Source of the DNA: Eledone cirrhosa
Taxonomy: Eukaryota
Direction of reading: 5' to 3'
NCBI GenBank assembly: GCA_964016885.1
Contig: OZ024744.1
Location: 79,298,001 to 79,362,000 of the forward strand
Length of the DNA stretch: 64,000 nucleotides
Notes under the pieces: generated by a model
Seen by the model: the letters and a program-made list of their open reading frames with translations, nothing else
Told to the model about the DNA's origin: nothing
Database searches by the model: none
Shown: in pieces, positions 12,398-26,479 of the stretch
Numbering within the stretch: position 1 is the stretch's first letter
Layout of the letters: each line of letters starts with the position of its first letter
Program-made: the position numbers and the translations under genes

Positions 12398-12557
12398 GAT
12401 TGATGTGTATCAAGGAAATGCTGAATGGAGATCTTAGAAATGCTGACATGCCATTTAGCGTTCCTAGTGCATCTGGTCAAGAAATGCAGTTATCTATGAA
12501 ATATCGCATTACCCCCGAAAACAGATCGGAGTACATCAAATCAGCAATGAACTATCG
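12398..12557 (+). CDS. HERC2: HERC2 exon (HECT)
   Basis: tatag|...|gtaaaa; GLMCIKEMLNGDLRNADMPFSVPSASGQEMQLSMKYRITPENRSEYIKSAMNYR. Confidence 0.93.
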
Positions 12558-13260
12558 GTAAAATTACAAAATGCTTTCATCTAACTCTGCTTGATAAAAG
12601 TAGGGTGTGCTTATTTAAACTTCTTGAAACTCTTTTTATATTGGGCCATGTTTTTTTTTCTTCACAAGAGTAGTTAATGTCTCAGTGCTGTTTTTAGTAA
12701 GATTTTAACAGTTTTTAAGAATATAATTATCTGATTATTGAGCAAAATTTAATAAATACAGATTCAACGCCGATTTTCTGGACACTTTTTTACATTTTTA
12801 AAAAGATTGTATCTTTTGTTGGTGATAATTGAGTGATCACAAACAATCTCTTTCTGTCCAAACCGGCATAACCGTCCCCTCATACTGATATTAAGGTATT
12901 GTTCTCATAGATTCGATATTATGTGAGAAAGCGTTTACCACAAAAATACAATAGCAATATAGAATAATCATGTAAATGCTAAAGGGTTAAATGTTTGTAG
13001 TATTTTTACTACTAGGTGTCATTGTGAACATTTGTGATGCAATCATAGTTGTTTAATGAACTTTTAAGAATGTCTTTACTAATGTGATTGCATATGGTAC
13101 AGGACATTAAAGGTTAAAAAAGGTGCCGGAAAATCAGAGTTGTGTCTATTGCTTTGAAGGATGTTGGGGGGGAGGTCTTCATTAAAATGTATATGGCTAA
13201 ACTATATGTTGCGTTGTTATATACACTTGGACATCTGCTAGCTTCTCAATTCTTAAACAG

Positions 13261-13366
13261 GTTACATGAGTTCGATGACCAAATAAGGTGGGTGCGAGAA
13301 GGCATGACTAAAGTTATACCAGTACCATTACTATCACTTTTCACTGGATTTGAGCTGGAAACTATG
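13261..13366 (+). CDS. HERC2: HERC2 exon (HECT)
   Basis: aacag|...|gtaact; [35 protein letters not shown]. Confidence 0.95.
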
Positions 13367-16205
13367 GTAACTATTTTACTTACATATTTTCTTCTTTTTT
13401 TTTCATTAAAATATTTCTATTACAATATTAAGTTTAATTTTTGTTTTTGATAATAGAATATTTAAATTTAAAAAAAAATGAAAACATTTTCTATTTTCTT
13501 TCATCTAATTTATAAGATATATCTAAGTTTTTTAAGCTTTAGATTTTAAAGTGTGAACATTTTAAATAATGATTAAATGTAAACATTTAGAAAATACATT
13601 GAAGGAATGACTTTGATATATTGAATTATTTTTCTGTATTAGATTGAAATATTGTTAATGTAAATATTTTTTTCAGTGCTTTTTAAATTTGAAAGTGTAC
13701 TTTCAGTTGTTCTCTAAAATGCTCGGTATAACAGCAAAAAATTGCTCAAAACACAGTTCAAAATGCAATAAAATTGCAAATGTTACTCTCAAAACTGTGT
13801 TTTAATGTTTAGCATATAATCAAATAAAGAGTTAATGCAAGGAACATTAAAAATTTTAATTAAAAATCCTCTTTTTATTTCTAAAAATATATATATTTTA
13901 AAGAAATTTACTAAATGGCATTCATTTAGTAGAAAGATGCTGCAAATGATAGCATTTATATTGTTAAATTTTGTGAATTTTAAAAAGATTTACTATTTTC
14001 TATATTTGAAGCATTTAAATTTTACTTAGTACTGAAGAAAGTGAAGTTGTGTGTTTTGTCTAAGAGAACAATGCAATATCTATTGATAAGGGCAGAATTG
14101 GTAGAGCATCACATAAAATGCCATTGTGATATTTGTTCTGGCACTTTAAATTCTGAGTACAAATCTCATTGTGGTTGACTTTGCCTTTCATCCTTCTAAG
14201 GATGAAAAAAATTAGGTAGCAGTCAAGTAATGGAGTTGATTTAATCAACTGATGCCCCGCCCCCATTTTACTGGCTTTGTGCCTAAATTAGTAATTAATG
14301 TATATGGCCAAGTTATATTAATATATTTAGACCTACTACTACTACACACGCATACAGCTTCCTGCTGATTAATATATTTTGGTATTTTCTAGTTTGTAAT
14401 CAGATATACAAAAATCAGTTCAATATATTTTGATATGACAGCAGTAAAATATCCTTGATTGTCAAGACAAGAGAGTATTATTTAATTTCATCACTCTGCA
14501 TCTTGAATTCAAATTGCACTAGGGTGGAGTTTTTCCCACCCCCTATCGGTCACCCTTTTTATACTACATAGAATATGTATCAATAATATTGCCAGGGGCA
14601 ATTCAGTTTGACTCTACTGTCCTCCATTGCAAACATTGTCTTTGCTATACATTACAAGATGAGATTTGCTGATGTTTTAACACGTCTTATCAGTTATGTG
14701 ATTTGTATTTCCCTTAATCCATTTGATACCAAACTTACCAGAAACTACTCCTGGTTCATTGATTAAAAGACAACAAAACAAATTTTGTTTTAAAATATTT
14801 ATATTTATCTAAAAGCCTTCTTTGTTAGTGTATGCTCCCAAACACCAGATTTATGAGAAAGAAGTTATTACTAAATCTCTCCAAAATTAATTGAAAAATC
14901 ATAGGCTGTATCTTTCATTAGAATTATATAGTAATGAAAAAGGTTTATATTTATCTTTCTTCATAATTCTATGTAAGAACATTTAAGTGATGCTCCCAAC
15001 ACCAACTTAATAATGAGAAAGTTAGTTCTATCACTAAATCTCTCTTAAAATGAACTGAAAACCAAATTGTAAGCAATGTCTTTCATTAGAAATATATAGT
15101 AATGAAAAAGGTTAGTGATACACTGACAATAAATGGCGATGTTTAACCCTTTAGCATTTAAACTGGCTATACCCGGCCAGAATTCTCTCATCTTTCTGTT
15201 TAAACTGGCCGGAACCAGCCACTCATACTGATGTTCTCAAAATCTCGTAGTTTCAATATTATGTGAGATAATTATATAAGATCAAGCCTTAACCACAAAC
15301 ATACAATAGCATATATAGAGTAATGTAAATACTAATGAGTTAAATAAATGTTTTCTATTAAATGAACGTTGTTAACTAACTAAGAGTAATTGTTGTGCAA
15401 ATATTTCTAAACTTAATCTTTCAAAGTTCCTTGTCATTAAACTCTATGGTAACCTAATAGTTACCAAAACACAATTTGTTACCTCTAAAATGCCTCCTCC
15501 AGCATATGGTTAAGTCAGTTTTGTTTTTTCATATTAAAATAACTAATTAGGCTTCAGTGTTAATTATTCATATGTTAAAATATCTATAATTAACATGCGC
15601 TACCATTAAATTTGTATAACAAAGTGCAATTTGTTACCTCTAAAATGACTCCTAGCATATGGTTGGGTCAGTTTGGTTTTATCGTTATTTATATTTTATA
15701 TATTAATCTGTGCTGCCTTTATGTTATATTTGTAATTTTAACACGTGTTTAGTGGAATGATTATTTCACTATTTAGTAACACTGTTATGACGGTGAGCTA
15801 TTTCTCTCTAATAGTTAACGGCCCTGGTATTAGCAATTTACAAGAGTAAATTAATAATTTCAGCAAAATTCTGAATAAGATGGTTGAGTCATGTGTTGTG
15901 GAAGGAGGGAGTGATTGGATGAATGGAATGGAAATAAATGTGGAATGAAGTAGAGGAAGGGAAAGACCAAGAAAGATGTACAGGAGGAATTGAAAACCAG
16001 GGTTGTAGGAGATGGGGCAAAATGGAGAGATTGTCATGGGGGCCTGCAAGGTTAACTTCTGCACACAAAGATCAATATCCATTGACTTTATGTTGAGGCT
16101 CCTTGTAGACAGGGCAACCAGCCATTGAATATCTTAAGGGTTCACAAAATAGTCAACACCCAATTATAGTTTACCAGAGTTACCAGAGTTAAGTGTTCAT
16201 TAGCT

Positions 16206-16557
16206 CAGCGGTCGCCAACCGGTTGTCCGCAGAAAAATTTGAACATTATTTGCAATTTTTGTGTTTTATTAATAACAAAACAAAAATATTTGGTTAAAAT
16301 ATATTTTATAACCCCCCCCCCCCCCCCCCCCTAAAAATGTTTTTCCTCAGTAAAGAACTAACATCCATGAAATAATTTTACACATATGTATCATCTATCA
16401 ACAATATGACACACGTACACTTCAGTATTGTTTAATAAAATGGAAGTTCTTTGATCATTATTTTACAAATGTATTTACCTTTTTTTAAAAATTCATATTA
16501 GTGATCCGTGGGATTTAAAATTATGAATTTAGTGGTCCGAAAGGTTAGCAACTGCTG
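16206..16557. mobile_element. hAT MITE with perfect 8-bp TSD
   Basis: cattagct|CAGCGGTCGCCAACC ... GGTTAGCAACTGCTG|cattagct. Confidence 0.9.
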
Positions 16558-17649
16558 CATTAGCTGATCTTGTTCTGTGACAAATGATCTCTCTGCCTCT
16601 CCATTTAACCTAGTACTTTACGACACTTTCTAATTTACTTTAAGGTTATCTGGTAGAGAGGTTTTACTTTCTCATTTATTTATGTGTGCATTATAGTTTA
16701 GCATGCTTCCTTTTGGATGACTCTCCAAAGTAGAATTTATAAGTTCCTGCAGCTTGAAGTGTTTCTTTTACGTCAGTTGCAATTTGAACCGGCCAGAATT
16801 CTCTCACCTCTTTCAGTCCAAACTGACTGTAAATGGCCACTTATTCTGATGTTAAGGTATTGTTCTCAAAATAAATATCACAATCCCATAGATTCAATAT
16901 TATGCAAGATAAATACAATAGTAAATGCTAGAGGGTTAATGGACAAATTCATAGCGTGTTCTGTCTCAATTTCTTGGTGAAGCTGTCTTTATCCAACTTT
17001 GTTCAGCTCCACAGTATTAGCATAAATAACAGACTGTATTTCCAGTCAGTCTAACAAAACTTTTCCTCTCAGTATTATCTAAAACTCATCTATATCAGAT
17101 TCACAATTGTGGAGTCCGTTCATGTTGAGAAGATACTTTGTTTTTTGACGCAGTCACAGATACTACTAAAGCTTGGTTCTGTGAGGATTAGTAGCATTTC
17201 TATTATTTAGGGGGTTAGTTGGCAGTTATTAGAGGCACTGGATTATTATTTGTTTGGTTCTGTGTCTGAAGTCCAAAACCACACCGAGGTCAACTTGGCC
17301 TTCCGTTCTTTTTTATATCGATAAATAAACTATCAGTCGAAGAGTGAGAGAGGGGAGTGAGGTGGATTGATGGAATTATTTGTGTGTCGAGTGTCGGACA
17401 GAGTAGTTTGCAGTATCTGTTCTAGCTGTGTATGTTTTGAGATGACATTCTGTCTCCTGTCACCGGAAAAGCAGTGACTCTTCTGCCAAGAGTTATGACT
17501 GACAAGTAGTACCATCACTGGAAAGATAAATGGAATCTAGTTTCCATAGTCCAATCCGATCTGAGTATTAGATTCTTTCTTTCCTTTTATTTTGTCTGAA
17601 GAAGAGTTTACAAACATTCACAGATCAATGGCATTATTATTGCAACAGT

Positions 17650-17838
17650 CGGGTGGTGGATTGATAGTATCGGTAGAGTCAGACGCTATGCTTTCCAGCC
17701 TAGAGTTACGTCCCTTTACGGACAGCTCAAATGCCGCCAAGGTTAACTTTGCCTTTCATCCTTATGAAGTTGATAAAATAAAATACCAGTAATGTACTGG
17801 GTAATTGCTGGCCTTGTGCCTAAAATAGAGACAATTAT
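17650..17838 (+). mobile_element. Deu/Nin-core SINE with TSD
   Basis: same family as 193-376; flanks attattgcaacagt / attattgcagcagt. Confidence 0.85.
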
Positions 17839-18127
17839 TGCAGCAGTTAAGTACAGGGGAAGGGATATAATCAACAGCTCATCTCACAAATTTGTTGGCT
17901 TTGTACCTAAATTAGAAATTATCATTGCCAATAGGGGGAAATCATGGACTGAAAGTTGCAGTTTTTAAGAAGGGTATGGTGAGTTAAATGTGATGTATGT
18001 ATCATCATCATCTTCGTTTAACGTCCATCTTCCATGCTAGCATGGGTTAGACATGTATATGTTTATATATATAATGTGTGTATGTATATATATATATATA
18101 TAAATATACATTGTATGTGTATAAAAA

Positions 18128-18184
<57 letters not shown>

Positions 18185-21100
18185 GTGTGTGTATATATAT
18201 ATATGTGTGTGTATATATATATATGTGTATGTATATAAATGCATGTTTAAATGTGTGACAGAGCCATCTGGAATGGAGTGTGATAGACATCTTATAAGTT
18301 CAATAAGTGGTTACATTATGTTGGTAGGTTCAAGTGTGTTTGATTTGGGGCAGTTTTCTTTGTATGTTAGCAAATAGAGGATGGCATGCAGTGGCCATAC
18401 CAGAAGTGGGAAGGAAAGTTTTTTGGGGGGGAGGGGGGTTATCTCCAGACATTCAGATGATTGAAGTTGGTTTCTATGTATGTATACATAGAAATCAACT
18501 GGGGTGGGGACTGATTTCTGTGTGTGGAGGGGGGGGGGGTTGCCATTGGCAGAGGGAAGTCTCCACTGGGATGAAGGTACTGGTTTTGTATGTGTGAAGA
18601 GAAGCACCAGTTTTAGGGTTGGGATAGGAGTCCTGGACACTAGATTGGGAGATAGATTAGATGATTCAGGATGCGCCTTAGAGAGAAATAGCATGTGGCT
18701 TAACGTGTTTTTATATTTTTAAATTTAATAAGTTTGCTGAACAGATTAGTTTATTGTAAAACATATCTGTTGCATTGAATCAATCCTTCAGAGAGATTTA
18801 CCAAAGGCAAGCCAAAAGAGAAAAATCCTGTATAATTTAGCCTGCACAGTCATCTGACTTAACTCCTGCAAGGCTAGTTAAAACACACCCTCGGGAGAGA
18901 AGTGAGATGGCGTGCATTAGCTCTCAAAACTTCAACACCAATAATCAAATCGAAAAATTAACATTTATTATTAATAATTTTATATATATATATATTTTTT
19001 GCTGTTAGTTAATTTCTAGCATTAATCACTTCATTAATGCAATCTACATATGCCCCTCCCTTCATAAGTTTTTAACAAGATTATAACATATATTTAATTA
19101 GAGAATACAGTTAGAATTAGTTATTATTAGAGTTCATGTGCTAATTAATATCTTTTTGAAAACATTGTTTTCAAAATTTTAGCCATGAATTTAAAATATT
19201 TAATGAAATTAGAAATTGGGATAGGTGTCTGTTAGGATTTAAAATGTTTTATGCTACACAGGTGAAAACATTCTTTGAGCTGTCGAGGAAGCCTCAACAT
19301 GCCCGCACTCTGTCAAATTGCCCAAATAATTCTCATCATCATTGTTTGCATGAATTAGACAGGCATTCATGTTGTAAGTTCTGGCTAGGTTTTCTATGGC
19401 TGAATCTCCTTCCTAACACTAACCACTTGACAATGTGTATTGGGAGCATTTTATCGTGAGACCAGCACTGTCACCTTACAAGGTGAACTGGATACTTTTT
19501 GTCATGGCACCAGCTCTACCTCCTTATGAGGTTGATTTGAAAGCTTTTTGTTATGGCACCAGTACTACCACCTGAAATATCTGAAGATATTTAGCATAAC
19601 TTTTAAGTTAAAATGTTATTTACAAACTACTGTTAACATAGCAGAAGTTATAATTTATGGAGTTACTGCTCTCAGTGCAGAAAAGATGTACTTTCTCTAG
19701 TGAATTGATTTCTGTTTATAATTTTTAGCTGTATTTAATCCAACCTACCTAATTAATATATGATAGCAACATCTAATTTCTCAATGTGTGATGGAGGTTA
19801 ATTAAATAAAATCTAGATTAGTATTTTAAAATTTCATAGATTAAGTATAGGAACGTCCCATTAACTTGTTTCGGTACAGCTTTTATTAATTTCTATTTGT
19901 AAGTATCTATTATGTGGATTTGCGGAAGAAAGTAAGTGGCTAGGAGCAACATATCAACAGTGTACTAGCATGCGCGGCCATCTGACTTGCCTCCTGCGGA
20001 ACACATCTGGATATCCTCGGGAGACAAGTGAGATGTCGTGCATTAGCTGATAAGACTACAGTCCTGTTGAAATTACAAGCTGACTAGTACTAACCCGAGG
20101 AGATGAGGCATCATCAATAATAGTTGTATTGCTGTTAGGACTTTTTGCTGTTTCTAAACTGTTTTATAGTGAACAACTGAATAACCACTTGATGTAAAAG
20201 TAAAATTTTTCTTTCAGAAAGCATTGGTTATATGAGAAAGGCATTGATTTTATTTTTTATACTTCGTTTTGCAGATAATGAAACATTTTGATTCCACAGG
20301 AATTCTATCATCCAGAGATTTCTTATAGAATGGAAAATTTTCCATGATATCTTAGGTCATGAGCCAAATTGAGCTTAACTCTTTCATAGCCATATTCCTA
20401 ATGGAATATATCTAATGAAGTATTTCAATTAATTAATAAAGAATTTTGAGGAGTTTATAAATAATTAATTATTTATTTACCAAGATAGTAACTTGACATG
20501 GTTCTTATATAAATTTATGTTGGAAAATTTTAATTTAATCAAGAACCTTTTAAAATGGATGGTTTTTGTTTCATAGAGCTTGAGGCCGTTTTGGCTGGGT
20601 TGGTATTAACCCTTTAGCATTTAAACCGGCCATATCCGGCCAGTATTCTCTCTCCTCTTTCTGTTTGAATCGGCTGTAACTAGCTGCTCATACTTATGTT
20701 AAAATATTGTTCTCAAAATAAAAATATCAATCTCATAGATTCGATATTATGTGAGATAGTGTTTAACGTGAAAATATCAGAGTTAATATAAAGTAATGTA
20801 AATGTTGTTAAAATGAGTAAATAATGATTGAGGTGGCCAAATCACCAGCTGTGGTAATTCTTGAAGTAGTAAAAGACAGGCAGCAGGCTGTGAAAGACAA
20901 AATTAAATGAATGTTTGCCTTCTGGATATTCTCTAACAGTATCAGTCACATGGAGTTACTCTTTCTCTCAAATGAGTTGAGTGCCTTCATCATCAGTGTT
21001 AATTATTATTTTTCACCATCAGCATTGTTTAACTTCTATTTTCCACACTAACATGGGTTAGATGGTTTGTCCCGTTTGAGGCAAGTCAGGTCAGGTGACT

Positions 21101-23497
21101 GTCTTACTCATACAGAACTGTTTCTGGCTTGGTTACTATGGCAGGATGCCAATAAATCGGTTAGGGTTTTTTTTCTAAAGCAGGCTCCAAGCATTTTCAA
21201 ATTAGGTATTTAAATATGTCTGAGAAACATTGTTGTTAACACCTGATAAATATTCCCATCTGGCAATCCTATTGCAAGCTAAATAATTACTTGGTTGGAC
21301 ATGTGATGCATACATGGTTCATACATGATATGATTGTTCTAGTAAACTTTGATCTTAATTTTTATCAGTTTCAACGAACCTTGAAAGGCATGAACATTTT
21401 AGTATATTATTACATATAATTAAGTACAAGTTATCAACCACAATTAACTCCTCTTGATATTTTGTAATAATTTAGCAGAAAATATCTAAAAAAAAACAGG
21501 TTTATTTCATATGTTCATAGTATCTTTATTAGTGGATGGATATTTATGAAAATTTGCAGTAAATTAAAAGCAAAGGCTTAAAATTTGAATGCTATGCAAC
21601 CATACTGTTGTTTTATACATTTCAAGAATGTCTTGCTAATATGCTTTCATGTATTACAGGATGTTAAGAGTTAATGTGGCAAACTGAAAATAATGTTAAT
21701 GCAGCTGAAATTATAATTGTAATAAAAATCATTTGTGTTATTGAAAATCCTTCTTTGGTGACCTTCAGCATGGTTTGAGTCAATGAAGGGTGTATAGTTT
21801 TTGTGATGAAAAAACAAAACAAAAAAACATACATTGTCCACAATAGCTAACAAAGATGAAATTTATTCCTTATTTTTGCAACCTCCAAACAAGACTTTGT
21901 GTGGTTTTGTAGTTGTATTGACTATACTTCACTGAAGAGGTTTGAACAAGACTGGAACACATCATGAGTTGTCATCAAAGATCAGATTCCATCCTCCCAC
22001 CTCCATTTAATCTTTGATGGAATAAAATTTCAGAGATTTTTTGAAGTTTTCATTAACCATACTGTTTCGTTGGGTCATATGTTGTAATTTCAATTATTTG
22101 AATGTTAATTAAGCATTGGTTGTATAAAATGATTATGTTAGTAGCATTGATTTCATGTAATTCCAGCAGAAGACTTGTTCTTATAAATTCTAATCATGCC
22201 AATAGGTGTATCATTTGTCAAACCCATGCTTGCATGGAAATATGGACGTTAAATGGTGATGATGATAAGGATCCCTAATTTATGATTGTGTAGTCAATGT
22301 TCTGTTTTTAGAAGAGTTGTAGGGTGGGCTACATTGTAAAACACTGGTGATAGCTCATAGTACATAGACATTTCTGATTGTTCCCTCATCAACTGTGATG
22401 AGGGAACAATATACTGCTGTAATTACTCACCTGAGATACCACTATCTAAAGGTCTGAGACCACTCTGTGATTGCAACCATTCCATTAACATATTTCTAAT
22501 GACATGCACTGTATTTCAATTAATTAATGAAGGATTTATTAGAATTATTATTTCTTTCTTTAAGATAGTATTTTTAGGTTTTTATATATATGAAATTATG
22601 TTGGAAGGTTTTAATTTAAAAGAGAACCAGAGCCAGTTTTGGCTAAGTTGGTATCAAAAGGCTTAACCATCAATTTAGTAGAATAACTATTTATTTGTTT
22701 TGTTGAAGGTGTGTAAATTCTGATATAGCCAATGTTGGAAAGAAAAATTTTATTTGAATTTTCATTTATTTAAAAATGTAAAATATATTTGAATTATTTG
22801 TAACTAAATAAATTTCAAGGTAATCTACAATTGGATCATTGACTAAAATAAGTGCCAGTTCAATTTGAAGGTTGTCTTCAATAATAAATACACTGCACAT
22901 GTATTTGTAAACTGATTTGTATGTAGTATGTAATTATTAATATAATATGACTAGTAATGTGGTTTTTTTTCTCTTTTATGTGTGTGTTTTGGAAATGTAT
23001 GCTTCAAATGAATAATATATATATATATATATATTATACTTGTATTTAATCATATCAGGATTTAAATCACATTTTCATTGTTTTTGGGTTTTTTTATGTT
23101 TCAATTTAAACATTTATTGTTGTTTTATCTGTATTAATGGTTTTTGATTGAAAGGGTGGTGTTGCTGGCACATTTGATGGAGAACCTAGGCTGGATGTTC
23201 TTTTTTATCTCTAGTTTGGTGCTTCACATTTGTGTTCAAATTCCACCAGGTTAAGTATTGATTACATAAATACCAGTTATTTACTTAGTTTAATTAATGT
23301 AATTCAACAAGACCTTTTGGTTATAAAATTGGATTTTGTTATCAGTTAAATTTAATTATTGTTGTAGTAATATATATATTTTATTTTGTTTTGTATGAAA
23401 ATATAAAATTGTATAAATATAACAGTTGTTAATTATTTTACCAAAAGAAAATGTTAGTGTTGTTGGTTGTTGTTGTATAATCTAAATTATTAAATAG

Positions 23498-23710
23498 GTG
23501 TGTGGCAGTCCTGATATACCATTAACTCTGCTGAAATCAGTGGCCACATATAAAGGTATAGATGCTACTGCACCTCTAATACAGTGGTTCTGGGCAGTAA
23601 TGGAAGAATTTACCAACACAGAGAGGTCCCTGTTTTTGCGATTTGTTTGGGGCCGGACGAGGTTACCACGAACAATTGCTGATTTCAGAGGAAGAGACTT
23701 TGTTTTACAG
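23498..23710 (+). CDS. HERC2: HERC2 exon (HECT C-lobe), after a 10.1 kb intron
   Basis: aatag|...|gtattt; [20 protein letters not shown]...[23 protein letters not shown]. Confidence 0.96.
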
Positions 23711-25174
23711 GTATTTTTATATATATATATTGAAAGTGTTATAAGTCTATTTATCCTTTTGTCATTCACAACACTAAAGATAATCTGTATATTATGTGTA
23801 AACTTTTGTTTGTCTTGAAACAGTCATTTCTTAACAAATATTTACACAAAATTTGGTAGAGGTCAACACCACTCCACCTTGGTATAACAGTAATTGCAAG
23901 CTAGTGTGTGTCACTGACTATGTTCGTTATGCATATTAATCAGTGGGTTTGTAAAAAAAAATAATTATCTATAAACACTTTTTCAAACATAGACAACACC
24001 TTGTCCATTTTGGGTAACACTACTAGTGTAATTATATGAAGAAAAGAAACACAGCTCTGAGGTGTGGTGGCAATGGCCTGCCAATCTCAGCCTCCTCATT
24101 CACACAATATCGAAATATGAGGGAGGCCATCATATATTTCTCTAAGGGTCTTATGTTACCTCCAGCTTAAGTTTTGAGCCTGATGAAGCAAGGATGTATA
24201 TGCTCCATCAAGTTGGTTTTGTTGTTTGATAACAGGTATTAACCTTTTAGCATTTACAGTACTTTTGTATTTTTGTGGTAAAGGCTTTACCTCACATAAT
24301 ATCAAAGCTACGAGATTTTGATATTATTTACTTTGAGTACAATACCTTAACACCAGTATGAATGGCCAGTTACAGCCAGTTTGAACAAAAAGGTGAAAGA
24401 ATTCTGACCGATTTAAATGCTAAAGGGTTAAGGGTTTCAGATAACGGCAATGCCATGAGGGGTAGACCTATGTGGAGATCTATTGTTAAGACAATGATCA
24501 TGATGATATGAGGAAAATAAGCTTGCGTTCAATATGTAAAGCATGCATTGGTTTAAATTCCAATATGTTAGCCCTTTTTGTTACCATTTTTCTATGTTCT
24601 ATCTTTCATTTAACTCTTAACATCCTGTAATTATTTGGCAGAAAATATCTAAAAGCTAGTTTGTTTATTCAAAAGTTTATAGCATCTTCAATTATGGACA
24701 GATTGTAAAAATTTGTGATATTACAGTAAAGACTTCAGTATATAATGTGAAATGGTCATAGTGTTGATAACTATTTTTCAAGAATATTTTGTTAGTGGAC
24801 AGATTGTTGTGAAAATTTGCAGTATTAGTGTAAAGTCTTCAATTTTAAATGTTATATAGTGATAGTACTGTATGAAGTATTTGGAAGGATTTACTTAAAT
24901 TATTTCATTAAAATAGTATTCTTATATCAAATTATGTTGGAAGATTTTAACTTAAATAGGAACTCTTTAAAATGGGTTGTTTTGTTTCATAGAATGAGAG
25001 CCAGTTTTATATGGGTTAGCATCAATAGAGTTGAATGTTAGTATTTTGAAGTTCAAATTAAACTGGATGACATAGCAAGTTTTAGAAAATAGATTATTTA
25101 TTAAGAATAAATATGTCTTGTTATAGTCTTTTGATTTCCTTAGTCTGAATGTTTTTATTTCTTACTTTCACCAG

Positions 25175-25441
25175 GTCTTGGACAAGTACAACCCACCCGA
25201 CCATTTTCTTCCAGAAAGCTATACCTGCTTTTTTCTCTTAAAAATGCCAAGATATTCATCTCAAGATATACTAAAGGAAAAGTTAAAATATGCCATCCAT
25301 TTCTGCAAATCTATCGACACCGATGACTATGCCCGAGTTGCCCTGACTGGAGATCTCATGGACGATGATACCCATGATGCTAGTGAAGAGAGTGATGATC
25401 TGGATAGTATTGAATCAGGAGAGTTTGTTGATTCCGATTGA
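25175..25441 (+). CDS. HERC2: HERC2 last coding exon (catalytic Cys, acidic tail, TGA stop)
   Basis: accag| acceptor; [28 protein letters not shown]...[22 protein letters not shown]...DSD*. Confidence 0.96.
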   Translation, partial: VLDKYNPPDHFLPESYTCFFLLKMPRYSSQDILKEKLKYAIHFCKSIDTDDYARVALTGDLMDDDTHDASEESDDLDSIESGEFVDSD

Positions 25442-26406
25442 AGGTTCTTCCCCCACCACCCTACACATAAACACATAACCACCACCACCACCACCACGAC
25501 TATCATCTTCTGTCCGGTCCTGTTAAAATAAAGGATTTCTTTTTTACATAGAGACAAGGATACATTTAAAAAAAAATTTTTGGAGGGGAGGGTACAGTTA
25601 ATTATATCACCACACCACCACCACTACCACCTATTTCTCCACCCCCACTGCTTAACGTACTTAACTTTAACAAGCCCAGAAGAATGAGAAACTAAGCCAA
25701 CCATGATGGGATTTTAAATCAGGATATGAAATGTAGCGGTATCTAAATACCTCAAAATGCTCTACCATTCCTGTCAGATCTACCACCTTTGTCTTGTTAT
25801 AATAATAAGATAGTATTATATGACGCTTTTTTTTTTAAAAATTTTTTAATCTTTCCCACTGAAAATTTGAGGTTTTTAACGTTTGGGTGAGGTTTTAAAT
25901 CCTATTCTTCCCCCACCATCACCATCACTTATTTATGCCTACTCTTGAAACATCTGACCGATTATTTGAAAGAAGAGGAGAAAACAAACTATGTGTCTTT
26001 TTGTTTTAAATGTAGCTAATTGATGTACAGCTCTTCTTTAACTGAAGTCATAATATGGTTGGAATTAATGGAGGCTGTATAGCCAATAATTTCTTGATTA
26101 ATATCCTATATATTAAGGTATAGATCTTTTTAAAAAATGCGAGCAAAAACATTTCTCCTACCTCTGCCCCTCCCCTGCTCTTGAGATTCTATACCTGCGC
26201 CTGATCATAATCTTAAAAGAAAATATCTTATTTATTTTTTAGTTATTTAAATAAAACATTTCATTATTTCCCACCACCGCCACCACCCCTTTCCCAGTTC
26301 AGTTGAAAAAACTTTGATGCTTCACGGCAGCATCGTTAAGATGAGTAAATATCTTTATATATATGTATATATAGATATATATATATATAATCATTTTATC
26401 TGAGTT

Positions 26407-26479
26407 AATAAAGTTGAATGTTATAAAAAAAAATTTAAATCAAAAAAACTGAAATAGATTTTAATGTGAATATAATAAA
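26407..26479 (+). promoter_or_regulatory. candidate HERC2 polyadenylation signals (3' UTR about 1 kb)
   Basis: AATAAA at 26407 and 26474 at the end of a TE-free stretch after the stop; alternatives at 25527 and 26250. Confidence 0.4.

Noticed and set aside
22377-22410. Perfect 15-bp palindrome attgttccctcatca/tgatgagggaacaat
   Set aside because: Isolated and single; probably a local fold-back repair event.
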